Shown here one piece after another: positions 16,227-19,505 of a DNA stretch of 19,505 nucleotides. Within the stretch, counting starts at the first letter, position 1; the number at the start of each line of letters is the position of its first letter. This stretch comes from Candidatus Aenigmatarchaeota archaeon (GTDB taxonomy: Archaea > Aenigmatarchaeota > Aenigmatarchaeia > Aenigmatarchaeales > JACQIB01). A program made the translations under genes and the position numbers. Under the pieces are notes generated by a model. That model was not told where the DNA came from and did no database searches. It saw only the letters and a program-made list of their open reading frames with translations. The stretch covers positions 1 to 19,505 of the forward strand of contig JBHIDR010000015.1 in the NCBI GenBank assembly GCA_046760225.1. The letters are read 5' to 3'.

Positions 16227-16275
16227 GAATATGGAACTTATAGAATTTTGATTTATTTAAAGGTATGGTATGTCC

Positions 16276-17460
16276 TTAAAGAAGGTGCCTTGCCAGGGCA
16301 ACCAGCCTGGGGTTCTTCATGAGGACCTTTGCAAGAACAGAGAACCTCTTGCCCCTGCTCATTTCCATGAGGTCTTCTCCTGTTATTCCTGAATCTGCAA
16401 GCTTGTTGAAATCATCATCAGAGAGCTTTTCTACAACTTCCCTGAGCTTCTGCACCCTCTTGAGCTCGTTTCCCCTTGTCTCCCACCATCTCTTGTTGTA
16501 AAGGGAAAGGGCTGATCGGGAAACATCACCTTTCTGTATTGCCTGTGCAATCACTTCTCCTGCTATTCTTCCTGCAATTGTTGATTCCTTCATGCCACCG
16601 CCATGTATTGGATTGACCTGGTGAGCTGCATCACCAACAGCTAAAAATCCGTTCAGGACCATGTTATCCAGAAGACCACCGACCGGTATTCCACCTGCAT
16701 TTACTTCTATTATGCTTCCCCTGCTCAGGGTCGGCTCCTTCTTCACGAATTCTTCCAGATAGTATCTTGCAGGCTTTTCGCAGAGTGCAACACCCACGCC
16801 CACGTTTGCAACATCCTTTCCCTTGGGGAACAACCAGACATATCCTCTAGGTGCTATCTTGTTGCCGAAGAAGAGGTGGATTTTGTGGGGGTCAGAAATC
16901 TCTATGTTGGACATCTCGAACTGGTACCCAGAATCAATGTTAACAAGCTTATTTGTTGTGTTAAGGCCAGCCCACCTGCTCACCCTTGATTCAACTCCGT
17001 CTGCTGCAACAACTATCTTTGCCCTTGCTTCAAAAGGCTCAGCCTGGAACTCTGCTCTGACTCCCTTGATGAAACCGTCTTCCCTTATCAGCCCTGTTAC
17101 AGGCGTCTTTGCCTGGAAGTAGGCGCCTGCACGGCTTGCTTCCATTGCAAGCCATTTGTCAAAGTACTTTCTCTCAAGTATGTAGCCGGCTGTCTTGCCG
17201 AAATCAATAACAGCCTGCTTTCCATTGGGAGCATATATTATTGCACCATCTATTGTCTGAGCTATTGCCTGCTTAGGGATGTTCAGGCCCAGCCTGTCTG
17301 CTGCCAAGGAAGAAAGGCCCTCACCACAGCGTTTTTCCGAGCCAATGCTCGGCCTTTTCTCGAACACTGCAACAGAAAGCCCGAGCTCAGCGCACTTCTT
17401 TGCAGTAGCTGATCCACCCGGGCCCGCGCCAACAATTATTACGTCATATTCATTTCTCAT
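16276..17460 (-). CDS. Geranylgeranyl reductase family (digeranylgeranylglycerophospholipid reductase-like)
   Basis: GAGPGG FAD motif, CGEG, R..FD..L, AADG..S, PRGYVWLFP (PxxYxWxFP), GDAA, NPIHGGG. Confidence 0.92.
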   Translation of the reverse strand: MRNEYDVIIVGAGPGGSATAKKCAELGLSVAVFEKRPSIGSEKRCGEGLSSLAADRLGLNIPKQAIAQTIDGAIIYAPNGKQAVIDFGKTAGYILERKYFDKWLAMEASRAGAYFQAKTPVTGLIREDGFIKGVRAEFQAEPFEARAKIVVAADGVESRVSRWAGLNTTNKLVNIDSGYQFEMSNIEISDPHKIHLFFGNKIAPRGYVWLFPKGKDVANVGVGVALCEKPARYYLEEFVKKEPTLSRGSIIEVNAGGIPVGGLLDNMVLNGFLAVGDAAHQVNPIHGGGMKESTIAGRIAGEVIAQAIQKGDVSRSALSLYNKRWWETRGNELKRVQKLREVVEKLSDDDFNKLADSGITGEDLMEMSRGKRFSVLAKVLMKNPRLVALARHLL

Positions 17461-17633
17461 TTAACCACCTTTATTGCAGCAACCGGGCAGAACTTCTGGC
17501 ATATGCCGCAAAGAGTGCACCTCTCCAGATCATTTTCCAGGCCATTTTCCTTGAGGTCAAGCGTGTTGAAAGGGCAGACCCCGACACATCCCCCGCAGCG
17601 CATGCATTTCCTGTTGTCAACTGACCATGCCAT
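17457..17633 (-). CDS. 2x[4Fe-4S] ferredoxin
   Basis: CMRCGGCVGVCP and CTLCGICQKFCP; likely start ATG 17633 after GTGAT; ATGA overlap with the GGR gene. Confidence 0.92.
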   Translation of the reverse strand: MAWSVDNRKCMRCGGCVGVCPFNTLDLKENGLENDLERCTLCGICQKFCPVAAIKVVK

Positions 17634-17688
17634 AATATCACTATTATCTTGTGTAACCTTATTATATGACAATATTTAAATTAATTTT

Positions 17689-18645
17689 ATGGGGTCAGAT
17701 AAGAATAAAGCCGAGCCTCTTGATATAATCGGAAAGCTGTTATCTATAATTCTATTTATCGTAATTTTATCGATTCCAGTATCCTTGGGAATTCTTTGGG
17801 TCCGTGGAGAAATCACGTTACTAAATGCTGTAGGTTTTGTAATAATATTCTTGGGGGCTTTGGGTTACTGGGACGTTTTCAGATATTTCAGGACTAACAA
17901 GACATATCAATCTATCCCTGCAATAGCAATCGAAGGCATAGCAATGGGGCTAACAAAAATAAAAGGTAGGGTTGCTCCGTTCCCAAAAGAGAAGCTTATG
18001 ACAAGCCCGATGGGCAGGAAGAAGTGTGTTTACTTCCTAATAGAAGAGTGCGATAGGGAAGGGTGCAGTACTGTCAACGAAAAGAGAATAAAGTTCTACC
18101 TGAAGGACAGGACAGGCCAGGTTCTTGTTGATCCAAAATGGTCATCTATTGGTCTAAAAGGACAGAAGTTTACCAGCCTCAAACTCATCTTTCGGGAAAA
18201 AATAGGAAAATACAAAGAACCTAAATTAAGTGCATACGAATACCTCTCTAATTATACAGGCTACCCGAAAGGAAAAAGACCCAGTTTCAAAAACTTCAAG
18301 AAAAAGGAGACCGGTGCTGCCTTGAAGTTCTCATCCCGTGAAAGGACATATATCGAACGCATCATAAAACCGGGCGACAAACTTTTTATATTCGGGACAG
18401 CAAAGGACAATCCTTTTGTTAAGGAAACAACAGCAATCAAGGCTGTGAGAGACATAATGATACAGAGTGGGAAAAAACATATTTTCGATTCATATCCACC
18501 ATATTTTATAACTCATTGGCCAATAAAATGGGGCGGTACTAGACCCTTGCCAATCAACTGGTCCGGTCTTATTAGCAGCATAATAATGATACTTGTGGGT
18601 GTTGTCATGGTGAGCATAAATCTGGAATTTGGTCCCCTTATTTAA
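17689..18645 (+). CDS. Membrane protein with a GIDE-like domain (no RING finger)
   Basis: Two N-terminal TM segments and one C-terminal TM segment; G..KIKGRV, SP.GRKKCVYF, FYLKDRTGQVLVDP and ERIIKPGDKLFIFG resemble the GIDE domain. Confidence 0.65.
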   Translation: MGSDKNKAEPLDIIGKLLSIILFIVILSIPVSLGILWVRGEITLLNAVGFVIIFLGALGYWDVFRYFRTNKTYQSIPAIAIEGIAMGLTKIKGRVAPFPKEKLMTSPMGRKKCVYFLIEECDREGCSTVNEKRIKFYLKDRTGQVLVDPKWSSIGLKGQKFTSLKLIFREKIGKYKEPKLSAYEYLSNYTGYPKGKRPSFKNFKKKETGAALKFSSRERTYIERIIKPGDKLFIFGTAKDNPFVKETTAIKAVRDIMIQSGKKHIFDSYPPYFITHWPIKWGGTRPLPINWSGLISSIIMILVGVVMVSINLEFGPLI

Positions 18646-19505
18646 CTATTCGTACGGCACGTCCTTTCTCCAGTCACGCTTGTCGTACGGTTCAAAGAGA
18701 AGCTCTGCCTCCTTTTCCCCGAGCGGAAGACGGACCTTGTTCTTGGCAAGCAGGTTGCAGAAGTCCGTGCTTGTATAAATGCCAATGCACTTCTTGTCTA
18801 CTGGATACATCTGGAGCGCATCAGCCAACTGGTAGCTGAAGTCCCTTGTGTTGTCAGAGACTATGCTGACATCAAGGTCTGTGGACTCCAAGATCCTTAA
18901 TGCAGTAAATATGAGCGCCCTGTCAGCGTCATCGCTGCCAAGATAGGATGAAATATCTTCCCATGCTTTCTTCTCGTATTCTGTAAGATGGTTGTTGATA
19001 TGGTAGTTCAGCATCCTGTTGTTCAGCCTTTTTCCGAACGGGGTATAGAGCTTTACAAACAGCCCATCAGAACCCCTTGCAACCTCTCTGACCCAGCGCC
19101 ACATCTTTTTCCTTTCGACATACTTGCATGAATCATTGTTTTTCCTGTAGTGGTCTATAAACCTGTGAAAATTCTTTTCCATAGCAATTCCCATCTCATC
19201 AAAGATAAAGTCAGGTATTGCCAGTATTATGTCAATCTTTTCCTTGCCCCAGTCCCTCATGACATCTGTTATCTTCATGCTATGGGTGCAGAGGGTATTG
19301 TACACGAAGCTTGCAAGATCATTCAAGCCGTTTGTAACAAAAGAATAGGTTCTTGCGCCATCACGTACCCTGTATATTGTCCCTTTTTCCTCATGCTTCC
19401 ATTTCAGCCAGTCCTTTATTCCGTCCTCTCCCAGCTGGTACAACGAGAGCCCTGCAAACGGTATGTTGGTGTCTACGAGCACGACTTCCCTATAGCCGTT
19501 CTCCT
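18646..19505 (-). CDS. Hypothetical protein with PIN-like motifs, probably 5'-truncated by the window edge
   Basis: The frame stays open past GTG 19482 to the edge (..ENGYREVVLVDTNIPF). hhhDTN, DDADRALIFTA and IVSDNTRDF resemble PIN acidic motifs. Confidence 0.5.
   Translation of the reverse strand, partial: ENGYREVVLVDTNIPFAGLSLYQLGEDGIKDWLKWKHEEKGTIYRVRDGARTYSFVTNGLNDLASFVYNTLCTHSMKITDVMRDWGKEKIDIILAIPDFIFDEMGIAMEKNFHRFIDHYRKNNDSCKYVERKKMWRWVREVARGSDGLFVKLYTPFGKRLNNRMLNYHINNHLTEYEKKAWEDISSYLGSDDADRALIFTALRILESTDLDVSIVSDNTRDFSYQLADALQMYPVDKKCIGIYTSTDFCNLLAKNKVRLPLGEKEAELLFEPYDKRDWRKDVPYE

Noticed and set aside
1..19505. CRISPR array, tRNA, rRNA, IS elements
   Set aside because: Intergenic gaps are short (about 160 bp or less). 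No spaced repeats, cloverleaf or transposase motifs were seen by eye. A covariance-model search would be needed to exclude small RNAs.

Overview
Gene-dense archaeal chromosome segment. TATA-like boxes, GGTGA-type RBSs, an archaeal GGR and archaeal-type Rqc2 point to Archaea. The compaction and gene repertoire suggest a DPANN-like lineage (inference). About 22 CDSs; no rRNA, tRNA, CRISPR array or transposase was recognised. Core content: a complete Smc-ScpA-ScpB condensin, a ferredoxin plus geranylgeranyl reductase pair, a COG2403 P-loop enzyme (cDPG synthetase-like/arginine synthetase-like), flavin reductase, HAD phosphatase, an NDT-family hydrolase, three regulators and several surface or membrane proteins. 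Three things stand out. (1) Rqc2/RqcH (NEMF) is split into two intact, separately translated genes about 3.4 kb apart, broken at the middle domain between the two coiled-coil helices. (2) smc carries a 538-aa Ser1 LAGLIDADG intein inside its Walker A motif. (3) The spliced Smc is only 833 aa, with both arms shortened by about 160-170 aa, i.e. a natural mini-Smc. Also present: a C39-like cysteine peptidase embedded between scpB and the rqc2 N-half, two candidate operator palindromes, and two edge-truncated genes (ATP-grasp-like, PIN-like). All family calls come from motif recognition by eye; no searches were run.
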